The notes beneath the pieces were generated by a model. The model ran no database searches. It saw only the letters and a list, made by a program, of their open reading frames with translations, and was not told the DNA's origin. Positions 1 to 10,802 of a stretch of DNA of 64,000 bases are shown here, in pieces (the first letter of the stretch is position 1; each line of letters begins with the position of its first letter). The position numbers were made by a program, and so were the translations under genes. This stretch comes from Syntrophaceae bacterium UBA6087. Its GTDB lineage: Bacteria > Desulfobacterota > Desulfomonilia > UBA1062. The DNA is taken from contig DIXF01000001.1 in assembly GCA_002448235.1 (NCBI GenBank), forward strand, positions 73,136-137,135, given 5' to 3'.

Positions 1-155
1 AGGAGCTTTGAGATGAACGGCTCGAGCTTTTTCGCGCAGTACATGCCGGCGATGATGGCTATGAGCGAGGAAACGCTCTTGATCAGGCCATTATAAAACC
101 CGAGAGCCAGGAAGGTCAGTCCTATGAAGAGGGAAAGGGTATCGAGAGAGTTCAC
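1..155 (-). CDS. cvpA: CvpA-family membrane protein, N-terminal part (gene runs off window start)
   Basis: Minus-strand translation from GTG at 155 gives MNSLDTLSLFIGLTFLALGFYNGLIKSVSSLIAIIAGMYCAKKLEPFISKL, which resembles the CvpA N-terminus. The start overlaps the stop of the upstream gene (TAGTG). Confidence 0.45.
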   Translation of the reverse strand, partial: MNSLDTLSLFIGLTFLALGFYNGLIKSVSSLIAIIAGMYCAKKLEPFISKL

Positions 156-577
156 TACCTCGCCTTTGAGAACTCAATCCAGACGACATCGTTCAGCGAT
201 ATCTGATAATGCCCGAATCGTGTGCTGCCGAGAACCTTCGAAAGTTCTTTCACCCTGAGGTCGCATAGCCGCTCGGAGTTCTTCATGGTGATGCATGCGT
301 TCTTCCCCTTCATTTCGAGGCGGGATATCTGGTCGAAGGGGATAGTGACCTTGCCTTTTCCCATATATCCCTGGAACGTCGTCCTTCCGTCGATGGTGAC
401 CGAGGTGAGCTGTACGGTGTTGTTCTCCGTGTCCATAAGCTTTGCATCGAATGTCAGGTGGGAATTGTTCTGTGCGGCGGACGATCCTGACGAGTTTATG
501 CCTGACATCCCCATGAGCAATGATAAAGAAAAAACGGTAAGCAGGACATACCCCAGATACTGAGCGGTTTTTTTCAT
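155..577 (-). CDS. hypothetical secreted/lipoprotein (signal peptide MKKTAQYLGYVLLTVFSLSLLMG)
   Basis: 140-aa ORF with a hydrophobic N-terminal signal-like segment and no recognised catalytic motif. It overlaps the upstream gene by 4 nt. Confidence 0.6.
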   Translation of the reverse strand: MKKTAQYLGYVLLTVFSLSLLMGMSGINSSGSSAAQNNSHLTFDAKLMDTENNTVQLTSVTIDGRTTFQGYMGKGKVTIPFDQISRLEMKGKNACITMKNSERLCDLRVKELSKVLGSTRFGHYQISLNDVVWIEFSKAR

Positions 578-888
578 TGACTCGTTCCCTCCCTTATTAA
601 CCCTTCGCTGCGCATCGCATCGATCACTTGCGCAAGCAGCTTCTCTTGCCGAGCCGGATACGTTATGACAACCTCTGCCCTCGAAGGGTCGGTTGTGGTG
701 ACAAAGCCCAGCCCGTCATACCCTTCCAGGATGAACCGGAGGTATGAAATGTCATCCCGGTTCACGCGGAGCATCATTTTTCCCATTTCCCACACGGGGA
801 TGAAAAATAACATACAAGAACTTCCCGCGCAAGGAGCTGATATGTCCGCGGTCGCCATAAATGCCGGTTGCGCAGATTGCTTATGCAC
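574..888 (-). CDS. DUF4911-like small protein
   Basis: 104-aa ORF with the motif LRVNRDDISYLRFILEGYDGLG typical of the DUF4911 family. Its stop overlaps the start of the next gene. Confidence 0.55.
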   Translation of the reverse strand: MHKQSAQPAFMATADISAPCAGSSCMLFFIPVWEMGKMMLRVNRDDISYLRFILEGYDGLGFVTTTDPSRAEVVITYPARQEKLLAQVIDAMRSEGLIREGTSQ

Positions 889-1669
889 GTTATATATACA
901 GACTCTACAGTTATTATAAAGAATTGCCTCGCTTTTGGTTTTTCACGGGCGTTCCATGTTATTGTTTATCCGGGGAATAAAAATCTTGACAGCAGATAGG
1001 TTGAAATGATAGGAAAAAGTCCAAATGAATGAGTGAAGCACCATTCATTCCTGAGCGAAGAAAGATTTTACCAGGTCGCAGGTGCTGTCTGGATGGCTTT
1101 CGGGGTGTAAGCCATTGTGACCTGAATGGATCTGAAAAACATGATGGTCCATTGAGTATGCGGTGTGGGATTATTACTTTGATCGGTTGCTGTACGCCCA
1201 CGGAATCGAGTTTTTGCCTTTTTCCTTTTTGGGGATACTTAAGCGGCGGCCGGTCATTGTACAGGCGATACAGGAGCTATGGTAACCGGGCATCGGAGAT
1301 ACGAGTGGGTTGTAAGATGATGGATTCACCCTCGAAGAAACGAATTCTCACTCACGGCGTCACCAGGACGCCGATTGTCCCGGAACACCCCGGCAAACCT
1401 GAATATGACGGAAACACTCTGCTTTCCCGGATTATCAGGGTATTTGGAGCCCCATCTACCTTGGTCGTAGCATTCATGCTTTTTTTCGTTGTATAAGGGA
1501 AGTGCAGCGAAGGCAGTTGTACGGTAGAAGCTAAAAGGCATTGCCGATCGGAAGAGGTCGGTCGCCTTTGGTGGTAAAGGGACTTGTGGTTCGTGAAGGC
1601 GTCAGGTATTGCTGAACGGAACGGTAAAGTCTCAGCAGGGCAAACGGGAGAGATCGGGAGGAAGCTGGT

Positions 1670-1780
1670 GTGAAGGTCAAGGAGAAGAAGGCGTTCGGCA
1701 CTGTTTTAGGTGGCGGGGTTGCCTCTTCGCTTTTAGCCAGTCTGCTCCTCATATTCGTCGCGCAAGGAGGTACGTTTTGA
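1670..1780 (+). CDS. putative 36-aa single-TM small protein translationally coupled to atpF'
   Basis: GTG at 1670 is preceded by GGGAGGAAG (1655-1663). The product MKVKEKKAFGTVLGGGVASSLLASLLLIFVAQGGTF has a basic N-terminus and a hydrophobic helix. Its TGA stop (1778-1780) overlaps the TTG start of atpF' (1777), forming TTGA. It is below the 60-aa cut-off of the ORF track. Confidence 0.35.
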   Translation: MKVKEKKAFGTVLGGGVASSLLASLLLIFVAQGGTF

Positions 1781-2205
1781 TAGAAGTCAACTTTACCCTA
1801 TTAATCCAGATAGGCAACTTCCTTCTCCTCATGTTTATTCTCAACAAAGTCCTCTATAAGCCTGTCCTTAGGGTTCTCGAAGAGAGGGATGAGAGGGTTA
1901 ATGGGGGACAGGAGCAGGCCAAAAAGCTCCTCGAAGAAGGACAGACTGTTTTCGCCGATTACAATCTCAAGCTTCACAACGCAAAGATCGAGGCTGTCAT
2001 GGTGAAAAACGCTACCCGGAAAGAGGCTGTCGATCAGGCGAACGAGATCATCGACGGAGCCCGTAAAAAGGCCGATAACATCGTCCTTGAGGTTCAGAAG
2101 GAAATGACAGACGAAATCGTCCGGGTGAAAAAAGAGCTTGAGCCCGAGCTGGGTATCATGGCCTCTACCATTGCACAGCAGATTCTGGGGAGGAAGGTTG
2201 CATGA
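1777..2205 (+). CDS. atpF: F-type ATP synthase Fo subunit b' (second b-type subunit)
   Basis: The C-terminal 142 aa of ORF 1609..2205 carry a hydrophobic N-terminal helix (LLIQIGNFLLLMFILNKVLYKP) followed by a charged coiled coil. TTG at 1777 is preceded by AAGGAGG (1764-1770). The upstream part of the listed ORF is judged a six-frame artefact. Confidence 0.8.
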   Translation: MIEVNFTLLIQIGNFLLLMFILNKVLYKPVLRVLEERDERVNGGQEQAKKLLEEGQTVFADYNLKLHNAKIEAVMVKNATRKEAVDQANEIIDGARKKADNIVLEVQKEMTDEIVRVKKELEPELGIMASTIAQQILGRKVA

Positions 2206-2792
2206 TGAAAAAGCTGAACAAGATTGTTCCCCTACTGATGTTCCTGCTCCTGGCGGTTGCAGCGGTCTGTCTGGCATCCAGCGGCGGTGAAGGCGGCGGC
2301 GGAGATGAAAGCAATCCCGTATGGACCATGATCTGGAGAACCTTCAATTTCCTCATCCTCATGGCGCTGCTCTGGAAGCTTCTCGGCGACAAGATAAAAG
2401 TCTTTTTCGGAGATCGCCGGGTCGAGATAGCCAGCATGATCGAGGAAGCGGACAAGGCCAAGGCCGATGCAGAAAAGGAATATGCCGAATACAAGCAGAA
2501 GCTTGCCAATGTGGACAAGGATATCCAGGAAATCAAAGAATCGATCATGGGCGAGCTCGAGGGCGAGAAGCAGAGGATAATAGATGAAGGGAAAGCTGCT
2601 GCAGAGCGTATCGTAGCCCAGGCAAAGTGGTCTGCCGAGCAGGAAGTGCTGAAGGCAAAGAACGATCTGCGGAACCAGGTGATCGATATGGCAGGGGATA
2701 TGGCGGCAGGCCTGGTCACGAATTCCATGACTGCGGACGACCAGAAGCGGCTGCTCGAAGAATATCTGGATAAAGTGGGGAAAGAACATTGA
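2202..2792 (+). CDS. atpF: F-type ATP synthase Fo subunit b
   Basis: 196-aa b-type subunit with a TM helix and a long charged helix. The ATGA overlap with the upstream gene indicates translational coupling. Confidence 0.9.
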   Translation: MMKKLNKIVPLLMFLLLAVAAVCLASSGGEGGGGDESNPVWTMIWRTFNFLILMALLWKLLGDKIKVFFGDRRVEIASMIEEADKAKADAEKEYAEYKQKLANVDKDIQEIKESIMGELEGEKQRIIDEGKAAAERIVAQAKWSAEQEVLKAKNDLRNQVIDMAGDMAAGLVTNSMTADDQKRLLEEYLDKVGKEH

Positions 2793-3334
2793 AAAGCGAC
2801 GTTATAGCAAGAAGATACGCCAGGGCGCTCTATGACCTTGGCCGGGAAGAGGGGAAGGAAAAGCAGTTTCTTGAGGAATTGCAGATCATCATCCTGCTCA
2901 TGGGTGAAAGCGAAGAGCTGAAGTCCATTCTTGAGAGCCCGCTGTACGATGTCGTCCTCAAGAAGAGAATCCTCAAAGAAGTTGCATCCAAGGCGTCTCT
3001 GTCACCTTACACGCAGAACTTTTTGAACATCCTCCTTGATAAGGACAGATTTTTTGTCCTCGCCGAAATCCTGGATGCCTACAAGCTGATTCTCGACGAG
3101 ATCTCCGGAAGGGTGAGGGCCCGGGTGGTCTGTGCGTCAAGTCTCGACGATGCGCAGCTCCAGAAGGTGGCCCAGACGCTCTCCAAGGTCTTCAAAAAGG
3201 AAGTGGATATGGATGTATGCATAGAGCCCTCTCTCATCGGCGGCATGATCGCCGAGGTCGAGGGGATGATCTATGACGGAAGTGTAAAAACGCAGATATC
3301 GAAATTAAAACAGAGTTTAAAAGGGGAGATATAG
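2789..3334 (+). CDS. atpH: F-type ATP synthase F1 subunit delta (OSCP)
   Basis: 181-aa OSCP-like sequence in the canonical operon position. TTG start overlaps the atpF stop (TTGA). Confidence 0.88.
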   Translation: MKSDVIARRYARALYDLGREEGKEKQFLEELQIIILLMGESEELKSILESPLYDVVLKKRILKEVASKASLSPYTQNFLNILLDKDRFFVLAEILDAYKLILDEISGRVRARVVCASSLDDAQLQKVAQTLSKVFKKEVDMDVCIEPSLIGGMIAEVEGMIYDGSVKTQISKLKQSLKGEI

Positions 3335-3335
3335 G

Positions 3336-4853
3336 ATGCAGATAAGGGCCGAAGAAATAAGTAAGATTATCAAGGACCAGATCAAGGGGTATGAGAAAGA
3401 GGTAGATGTTGCCGAGACTGGTACGATCTTGAGCGTCGGCGACGGTATTGCCCGTGTCTATGGCCTCAGAAACGTTATGGCCAGCGAACTGATCGAATTT
3501 CCTCATAACGTCATGGGCATGGCCCTTAACCTGGAAGAGGATAACGTCGGTTGCGTTCTCTTTGGTGAGTCCGTAGGCATCAAGGAAGGCGATTCCGTCC
3601 GCAGGACCAAGAGGATTGTTGAAATCCCGGTCGGCGAAGGCATGCTCGGGCGCGTCGTGAACGCTATCGGCGAGCCCATCGACGGGAAGGGTCCCATCGC
3701 CTCCTCCGAAAGCCGCATCATGGACATCAAGGCACCCGGTATCGTCAAGAGGCAGCCGGTTAAAGAGCCTCTTCAGACCGGTCTGAAATCCATCGACGCA
3801 ATGACCCCGGTCGGCCGCGGCCAGCGCGAGCTCATCATCGGCGACCGCCAGACAGGTAAGACCGCCGTTGCACTCGACACCATCATCAACCAGAAGGGCA
3901 CCGGGGTTATCTGCGTTTATGTCGCAGTCGGCCAGAAGCAGTCTACAGTCGCCCAGGTTGTGGCAACACTCGAGCAGCACGGCGCCATGGAATACACGGT
4001 CGTGGTTGCGGCTACCGCATCCGACCCGGCCCCGCTGCAGTACATCGCTCCTTACGCCGGCGCTGCAATCGGCGAATTTTATATGAACAAGGGCGGACAT
4101 GCACTGTGCATCTACGACGACCTTACCAAGCAGGCCCAGGCATATCGCCAGCTATCACTGCTGCTGAGAAGGCCTCCGGGACGCGAAGCTTTCCCCGGCG
4201 ACGTTTTCTACCTGCACTCAAGGCTGCTCGAGCGCGCCGCAAAATACAGCGATGCCATGGGCGGCGGGTCACTGACCGCACTCCCCATCGTCGAGACCCA
4301 GGCCGGTGACGTTTCCGCATACATTCCGACGAACGTCATCTCCATTACCGACGGCCAGATCTTCCTTGACACCGACCTGTTCTACTCGGGTTTCCGTCCC
4401 GCAATCAACGTCGGTATCTCGGTTTCCCGCGTTGGCGGTAACGCCCAGACCAAGGCCATGAAGAAGGTTGCCGGTACGCTGAGACTCGACCTCGCCCAGT
4501 ACCGTGAGCTCGCGGCGTTCTCCCAGTTCGGTTCCGACCTCGACAAGGCGACCCAGGCACAGCTCAACCGCGGCGCCCGTCTGATGGAAATGCTCAAGCA
4601 GCCCCAGTACAAGCCGCTGCCGGTCGAAAAGCAGGTTGCCATGATCTATGTGGGAACCAACGGCCATCTTGATGAGTATGAGATAACCGCCATCGGATCT
4701 TTCGAGCAGCAGTTCTATGCATTCATGGAAACCAAGCATTCCGATATCCTCAACACCATACGGGATTCCGGAAAGATAGAGTCTGACACCGAGAAAAAGT
4801 TGAAAGATGCGATAGCCGACTTCAAGAAAATCTTCGTAGCAGAAGAGAAATAG
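3336..4853 (+). CDS. atpA: F-type ATP synthase F1 subunit alpha
   Basis: 505 aa with P-loop GDRQTGKT and alpha-subunit-like sequence throughout (for example [25 protein letters not shown]). Confidence 0.97.
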   Translation: MQIRAEEISKIIKDQIKGYEKEVDVAETGTILSVGDGIARVYGLRNVMASELIEFPHNVMGMALNLEEDNVGCVLFGESVGIKEGDSVRRTKRIVEIPVGEGMLGRVVNAIGEPIDGKGPIASSESRIMDIKAPGIVKRQPVKEPLQTGLKSIDAMTPVGRGQRELIIGDRQTGKTAVALDTIINQKGTGVICVYVAVGQKQSTVAQVVATLEQHGAMEYTVVVAATASDPAPLQYIAPYAGAAIGEFYMNKGGHALCIYDDLTKQAQAYRQLSLLLRRPPGREAFPGDVFYLHSRLLERAAKYSDAMGGGSLTALPIVETQAGDVSAYIPTNVISITDGQIFLDTDLFYSGFRPAINVGISVSRVGGNAQTKAMKKVAGTLRLDLAQYRELAAFSQFGSDLDKATQAQLNRGARLMEMLKQPQYKPLPVEKQVAMIYVGTNGHLDEYEITAIGSFEQQFYAFMETKHSDILNTIRDSGKIESDTEKKLKDAIADFKKIFVAEEK

Positions 4854-4861
4854 GTGCTTAA

Positions 4862-5722
4862 ATGCCGAATCTAAAGGACCTTAAGAATAGGATCGGCTCT
4901 GTGAAGAAGACAGAGCAGATAACCTCGGCCATGCGCATGGTCGCGGCAGCGAAGCTGAGGAGAGCTCAGAACGATATCATCGCAGCCCGCCCCTATGCCA
5001 TCAAGACGAACGAGGTTCTGGTCTCGCTGGTTACGAGGACCAATCCTGACATGCATCCCCTGTTGAGGGTCCGGGAACCCAAAAAATGCGTTCTCGTCGT
5101 CATCGCCTCTGACAGGGGTCTGTGCGGTTCTTTCAACCAGAATGTCTTCAGAAGGACAGAAGCCTTTATCAAGGCCAACAAGGACAAGTACGAGGAAATC
5201 TCCCTGGTGCTGGTTGGAAAACGCTCCAGAGACTACTTCAAGCGCAAGCAGATGAAGGTGCGCAAGAATGTGGTGATCGGGGTTCCGTCCTATGATCTGG
5301 CCGCGGAGATAGGTGACGACCTCATTGATGGATACATCAAGGAAGAGTTCGACGAGCTGATCGTCATCTTCAATGAGTTCAAATCCGCCATGACACAGAT
5401 CCTCCATGAGGACAGGGTGCTGCCGGTGGAACGTATGGACGTGGAGGACGAAGCAACGAATGTGGAATACCTCTACGAGCCGTCCGAAGACGTGCTTCTT
5501 GATGCGCTGCTTCCCATGAGCTTCAAGATGTTCTTCTACCGTGCGATCCTCGAGTCTGCCGCATCCGAGCACGGTGCGCGCATGACCGCCATGGAGAGCG
5601 CATCGGGCAACGCCGCCGACATGATCGGCAGGCTGAGCATAAAGTACAACCGGGCTAGACAGGCTGCTATTACGACCGAGCTCATGGAAGTCGTGGGCGG
5701 TGCAGAGGCCTTGAAGGGTTAA
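4862..5722 (+). CDS. atpG: F-type ATP synthase F1 subunit gamma
   Basis: 286 aa with a gamma-subunit N-terminus (KDLKNRIGSVKKTEQITSAMRMVAAAKLRRAQ) and a C-terminal helix. Confidence 0.95.
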   Translation: MPNLKDLKNRIGSVKKTEQITSAMRMVAAAKLRRAQNDIIAARPYAIKTNEVLVSLVTRTNPDMHPLLRVREPKKCVLVVIASDRGLCGSFNQNVFRRTEAFIKANKDKYEEISLVLVGKRSRDYFKRKQMKVRKNVVIGVPSYDLAAEIGDDLIDGYIKEEFDELIVIFNEFKSAMTQILHEDRVLPVERMDVEDEATNVEYLYEPSEDVLLDALLPMSFKMFFYRAILESAASEHGARMTAMESASGNAADMIGRLSIKYNRARQAAITTELMEVVGGAEALKG

Positions 5723-5732
5723 CTAATTATAA

Positions 5733-7154
<1,422 letters not shown>

Positions 7155-7165
7155 GGGAGTCGACA

Positions 7166-7588
7166 ATGGCTGAAAATTACATGCAGCTCGATGTAGTAAC
7201 CCCCGAGAAGGCCGTCTTAAGCCGTATGGTTGAAGAGGTCATCGCCCCGGGGAGTGCCGGCGAGTTCGGCGTCCTTATCGGGCACACGCCATTTCTCACG
7301 ACGCTGAAACCCGGCCAGCTCATTGCAAAGGCCGAGGACAGGGATATCTACATGGCGGTCGGCGGCGGTTTCGCGGAGATCATCGGAAGCAGGGTCATCG
7401 TGCTTGCAGAATCGGCCGTGCTTGCAGAAGATATCAATGAGCAGGAAGTAAAAGCGGATCTGGAGCAGGCCGAGCATAAGCTCAAAGGCCTCGATAAGGA
7501 AGATTCGGAATACAGCAAGTGGGATAGCAGGATCAGGAAAGCAGAAGTCAAGCTTAAGGTCCTGGAAAACTGGCAGAAAGCTTCATAG
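7166..7588 (+). CDS. atpC: F-type ATP synthase F1 subunit epsilon
   Basis: 140-aa epsilon-like beta-sandwich plus helical hairpin. It is the last gene of the operon. Confidence 0.92.
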   Translation: MAENYMQLDVVTPEKAVLSRMVEEVIAPGSAGEFGVLIGHTPFLTTLKPGQLIAKAEDRDIYMAVGGGFAEIIGSRVIVLAESAVLAEDINEQEVKADLEQAEHKLKGLDKEDSEYSKWDSRIRKAEVKLKVLENWQKAS

Positions 7589-7622
7589 CAGGAATCGATC
7601 AACACACTCCTTAAGGTAAGTT

Positions 7623-7650
7623 CCGGGGGGATCGCAAGGTCCCCCTTTTT
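7623..7650 (+). terminator. rho-independent terminator of the atp operon
   Basis: A GC stem (GGGGGGAUC/GGUCCCCCC) closes a GCAA tetraloop and is followed by TTTTT (7646-7650). Confidence 0.8.
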
Positions 7651-7708
7651 CTATGGAGAGTGTATTGACTCCCGCACTATTTCCCTTTATAAACAAAACC
7701 ACTTTTGT

Positions 7709-7782
7709 GCGCCCATAGCTCAGTTGGATAGAGCGTTTGACTACGAATCAAAAGGTCGCAGGTTCGAGTCCTGCTGGGCGCA
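7709..7782 (+). tRNA. tRNA-Arg (anticodon ACG)
   Basis: Cloverleaf readable by eye: acceptor GCGCCCA/UGGGCGC, D-arm GCUCAGUUGGAUAGAGC, anticodon stem-loop UUUGA-CUACGAA-UCAAA, T-arm GCAGGUUCGAGUCCUGC. CCA is not encoded. Confidence 0.9.
7739..7782 (+). repeat. attL: 44-bp core (3' part of tRNA-Arg) repeated at 17602-17645
   Basis: Exact 44-bp direct repeat GACTACGAATCAAAAGGTCGCAGGTTCGAGTCCTGCTGGGCGCA. Confidence 0.85.
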
Positions 7783-8136
7783 CTCTTTATTCAATAAGTT
7801 ACAAACAGGGGTTTAAGATAATACTTTCTGGTTCCTCAATAGTTCCACATGCTGCCTGGTTTGCTTATCAGCCCTCTCATGACTTCCAACCTATCGGGGA
7901 CTACCCATAATTCTCAACATCCCTCCCCTTAGACACTTTACGCTCCTTCTTGAGATTTACTGAAAATTATTCAGGTTTTCTCACGGCTGCCTTTATCTGA
8001 GCTGAGATGTATACAACAGATTCCCCGACAAAGTATCGGGTCAGTCTACGCGCGCGTACGCGCGTACGTGTTGCAAAACTAGCGTTTGCTACATTCATCA
8101 TTGCTTATATATCAGAAGGGGGGATGTCTACTGTTT

Positions 8137-9294
8137 TTACAGTCTCCCACAGAAAGCCTGGTCCAGCAACGCGGGTATGAGTGCCTCAAGGGAAGCTGCC
8201 TCTTGCTGGTGGATGGCTCGTACGCATTCGATTCGCCTGATAATCTCGCTGAAGTCCCGTTGCAGCTCAATTGGTGGTAACGGGACCTCGATAGTCTCCA
8301 GTTTCTTTAGCCCAAGTGTGCGATTCCTGTCTGTGGCACCGGGTGAACATCCACCGAGTAGGGCAAGACCTTCATGAGATAGAAACCACTGGCATAAAAA
8401 TTCTGGAGTTACTCTTTCATGGTCAACACGACAAGTAATATACCGGTGCGAGCCTACATAGCCATCATAGTCTTTTGATATAACAGCAACTGCACCTTCC
8501 CAAGCCTTTATGTTGCTGAAGAGAAGGTCTCCGGCTTTCATCCAGTATGGACGCTGCCAAGTCCATTGACTACCTTGTACTCGGGGTTTCTCAAATAAAC
8601 CTCTTCCAAAAGAGCGGATGCCGAGTTCTGGATACCAGGAGTCAGGGTCGATTTCCACTGGACGACGCACCACGGGAGCGACCTCGGCCATAGGGAAGCG
8701 GGGAGCATCCCTGCTGATTTCTTCGACCCGACTGAGAATGAGGGCGACTTGCTCTTCCTTGACCTGTTCGGTCAGCCCTCTGGCCTCTTTGACTCGGGAT
8801 ACAACTTTGGCAAGCTTCGCTGCAATCCGGCGTTGTTCGGGCAAGGGAGGGAGAGGAATGGAAATTGACAAAAAACGTTCTTGTTTCAAGCGTAAGCGGC
8901 TTTGTCGTGACATGCCCGTGCTGAGTGATTCAACTTCTTGCCAGAAAGAGAGGCGTGACATGTACCATTTCAGGAAGTTCCTTTCTACTTGCTCCTCATC
9001 AACCACGAAACATGGAAATTCATTGCTGACATAGGCTCCATCGGAATCAGGACATGCAATACCAAATGAACCTTTCCAGGCAAACAGCCGGTTGTAAATA
9101 AAGTCTCCATTCTCAACACGGTATATCTTGCTTGCTTTAATATTAATACCCTTGGTTCGCTGTTTCACGAAAAGACCACCTGCATACAAGCGCATTCCAA
9201 GAAGCCGATACTCTATATCTGCTTGTGGTTCCTCCGGGCGGCTCACTTCATTCAAAACCTCACCAAGCCTAACCTCAGGCCAATCAATTTTCAT
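8137..9294 (-). CDS. hsdS: Type I restriction-modification specificity subunit HsdS
   Basis: 385 aa with two target-recognition-domain halves separated by conserved repeats. It overlaps hsdM by 4 nt. Confidence 0.85.
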   Translation of the reverse strand: MKIDWPEVRLGEVLNEVSRPEEPQADIEYRLLGMRLYAGGLFVKQRTKGINIKASKIYRVENGDFIYNRLFAWKGSFGIACPDSDGAYVSNEFPCFVVDEEQVERNFLKWYMSRLSFWQEVESLSTGMSRQSRLRLKQERFLSISIPLPPLPEQRRIAAKLAKVVSRVKEARGLTEQVKEEQVALILSRVEEISRDAPRFPMAEVAPVVRRPVEIDPDSWYPELGIRSFGRGLFEKPRVQGSQWTWQRPYWMKAGDLLFSNIKAWEGAVAVISKDYDGYVGSHRYITCRVDHERVTPEFLCQWFLSHEGLALLGGCSPGATDRNRTLGLKKLETIEVPLPPIELQRDFSEIIRRIECVRAIHQQEAASLEALIPALLDQAFCGRL

Positions 9295-10802
9295 TCTTCG
9301 TCCTCCCGGCCATTGCCTTCAGGTGCGAGAAGTTCCTGAATTTCCTCCATTATTTCCAGAATCCGCTGTTCCTTGGCAGCGATGTCGGCGGCGATGGCCG
9401 CCGGTCTGAGGTGCTTGACAGCAGCGCGGGCGTTGGGATTGACGGCAGACAGGTCATAGTTCCGCTTGATGATATCCTCTACCTGCACTATCCATGAGCG
9501 TTCCGAGATGGAGCGAGTTTTGGCCTGGTCCAGGCAGTCGGGCAGGTCGTTTTCTGGAATGGGTCTTTGGGCTTTGGTGAGGGAGAAACCTACGGCCTGG
9601 GCATCGTAATACCAAATTTCTTTCGTGCCGACGGGATTGCCTACCAGGTCTAACTCGCGGTTGAAGAATAGGAGGTTGGTCTTCGGTCCCGTGCCACTGG
9701 CAACGGCGTTGGCGAAGACTCCGGCAGGCAGGCTGACGATGGCCCAGAGGTTGAACTGTTCGAGTAGTTCTTTTTTAGTCTGCATGTAGGCGTTTTCATT
9801 GGTCTTGAACAGGACACCCTCATCGATGACCATGCCCACCCGTCCGCCTCGCCGCACCTTCTTCATGATGTGCTGCAAAAAGGTGATGGAAGTAGCCTTG
9901 GACGGGTAAGGGAAATTGGAGGTGACGCTAGCGTGCTCTGTGCCGCCGAAGGGGGGATTGGTGAGAATCACGTCGAAACGGTCCTTCTCGGTGAACTTGC
10001 GTACGTCGTCGCCCAAGGTGTTTCTACGAGTGAGATTCGAGGAAAAGACGCCGTGGAGAATCATGTTCATGCAACCCATCAGATATGGTAGGGCTTTTTT
10101 CTCCTGACCATAAAAGGTCTCTTCTTGAAGCTGCTTGTCGTGTTTGGGCAGGATACGTTCACCTAACGATGCGCGCATATGGCTGTGGGACTCGACCAGA
10201 AAGCCCGAAGAACCCATGGCTGGGTCGTAAACCGTCTCACCAAGTGTGGGGTTCACCATTTGGACAATGAACTCTATGACCGGACGAGGAGTATAAAATT
10301 CGCCGCCGAATCCACCCTCACGCCCAAGCTTTGCAAGCAAGGATTCATAGAGGTGCGATAGGGTGTATACGTCCTCAGCGGTGTCGAACTTGATTTCCTC
10401 AATGGCGTCGATGGCATCGCGCAAGATGGCTCCATCCTTGAGCATCTTTGATGGCGCATCAGCGAATACTCCCCGGATGACCGAGCGAGCACTGTTGCCC
10501 TTCAAGTCACGCAAGTAAGGAAAGAGATTATCTCCAAGAAAGTTTATGAGGTCACGGCCAGTGAGTCGCCTCTTCGTATCGGTCCAAGCGGACCACTGGT
10601 ATTTGCTTGTGATGATGGGCTGGTAATCTCGTCCCTCAAACTCAGCCTCAGCTCGGCGCTTATCCTCGAACTCCTCGAAACACTTGAGGAATAGGAGCCA
10701 GGAGATTTGTTCGACGTAATCGAGCAGACTGTTGGTGTTGTCGTCCTGCCGGAGAATCTTACAGGCTTTCCAGAATTGGGTATTGAGTGTTTCGCGTGAC
10801 AT
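9291..10802 (-). CDS. hsdM: Type I restriction-modification N6-adenine DNA methyltransferase HsdM
   Basis: 503 aa with the NPPFGG catalytic motif (ILTNPPFGGTEHAS) and an HsdM N-terminal domain. It lies immediately downstream of hsdR. Confidence 0.9.
   Translation of the reverse strand: MSRETLNTQFWKACKILRQDDNTNSLLDYVEQISWLLFLKCFEEFEDKRRAEAEFEGRDYQPIITSKYQWSAWTDTKRRLTGRDLINFLGDNLFPYLRDLKGNSARSVIRGVFADAPSKMLKDGAILRDAIDAIEEIKFDTAEDVYTLSHLYESLLAKLGREGGFGGEFYTPRPVIEFIVQMVNPTLGETVYDPAMGSSGFLVESHSHMRASLGERILPKHDKQLQEETFYGQEKKALPYLMGCMNMILHGVFSSNLTRRNTLGDDVRKFTEKDRFDVILTNPPFGGTEHASVTSNFPYPSKATSITFLQHIMKKVRRGGRVGMVIDEGVLFKTNENAYMQTKKELLEQFNLWAIVSLPAGVFANAVASGTGPKTNLLFFNRELDLVGNPVGTKEIWYYDAQAVGFSLTKAQRPIPENDLPDCLDQAKTRSISERSWIVQVEDIIKRNYDLSAVNPNARAAVKHLRPAAIAADIAAKEQRILEIMEEIQELLAPEGNGREDEE

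Noticed and set aside
1609-1776. N-terminal 56 aa of the listed 198-aa ORF ahead of atpF'
   Set aside because: Low-complexity, Arg/Gly-rich composition unlike a b-type subunit. A good RBS plus TTG start at 1777 gives a normal-length b' subunit, and the upstream part is better explained by a small coupled ORF in another frame.
3234-4100. 288-aa minus-strand ORF antisense to atpH/atpA (also 4871..5572, 5937..6272 and 6840..7166 antisense to atpG/atpD)
   Set aside because: They lie entirely inside strongly supported ATP synthase genes, have Arg/Ala/Gly-rich junk composition, and are typical antisense ORFs of GC-rich DNA.
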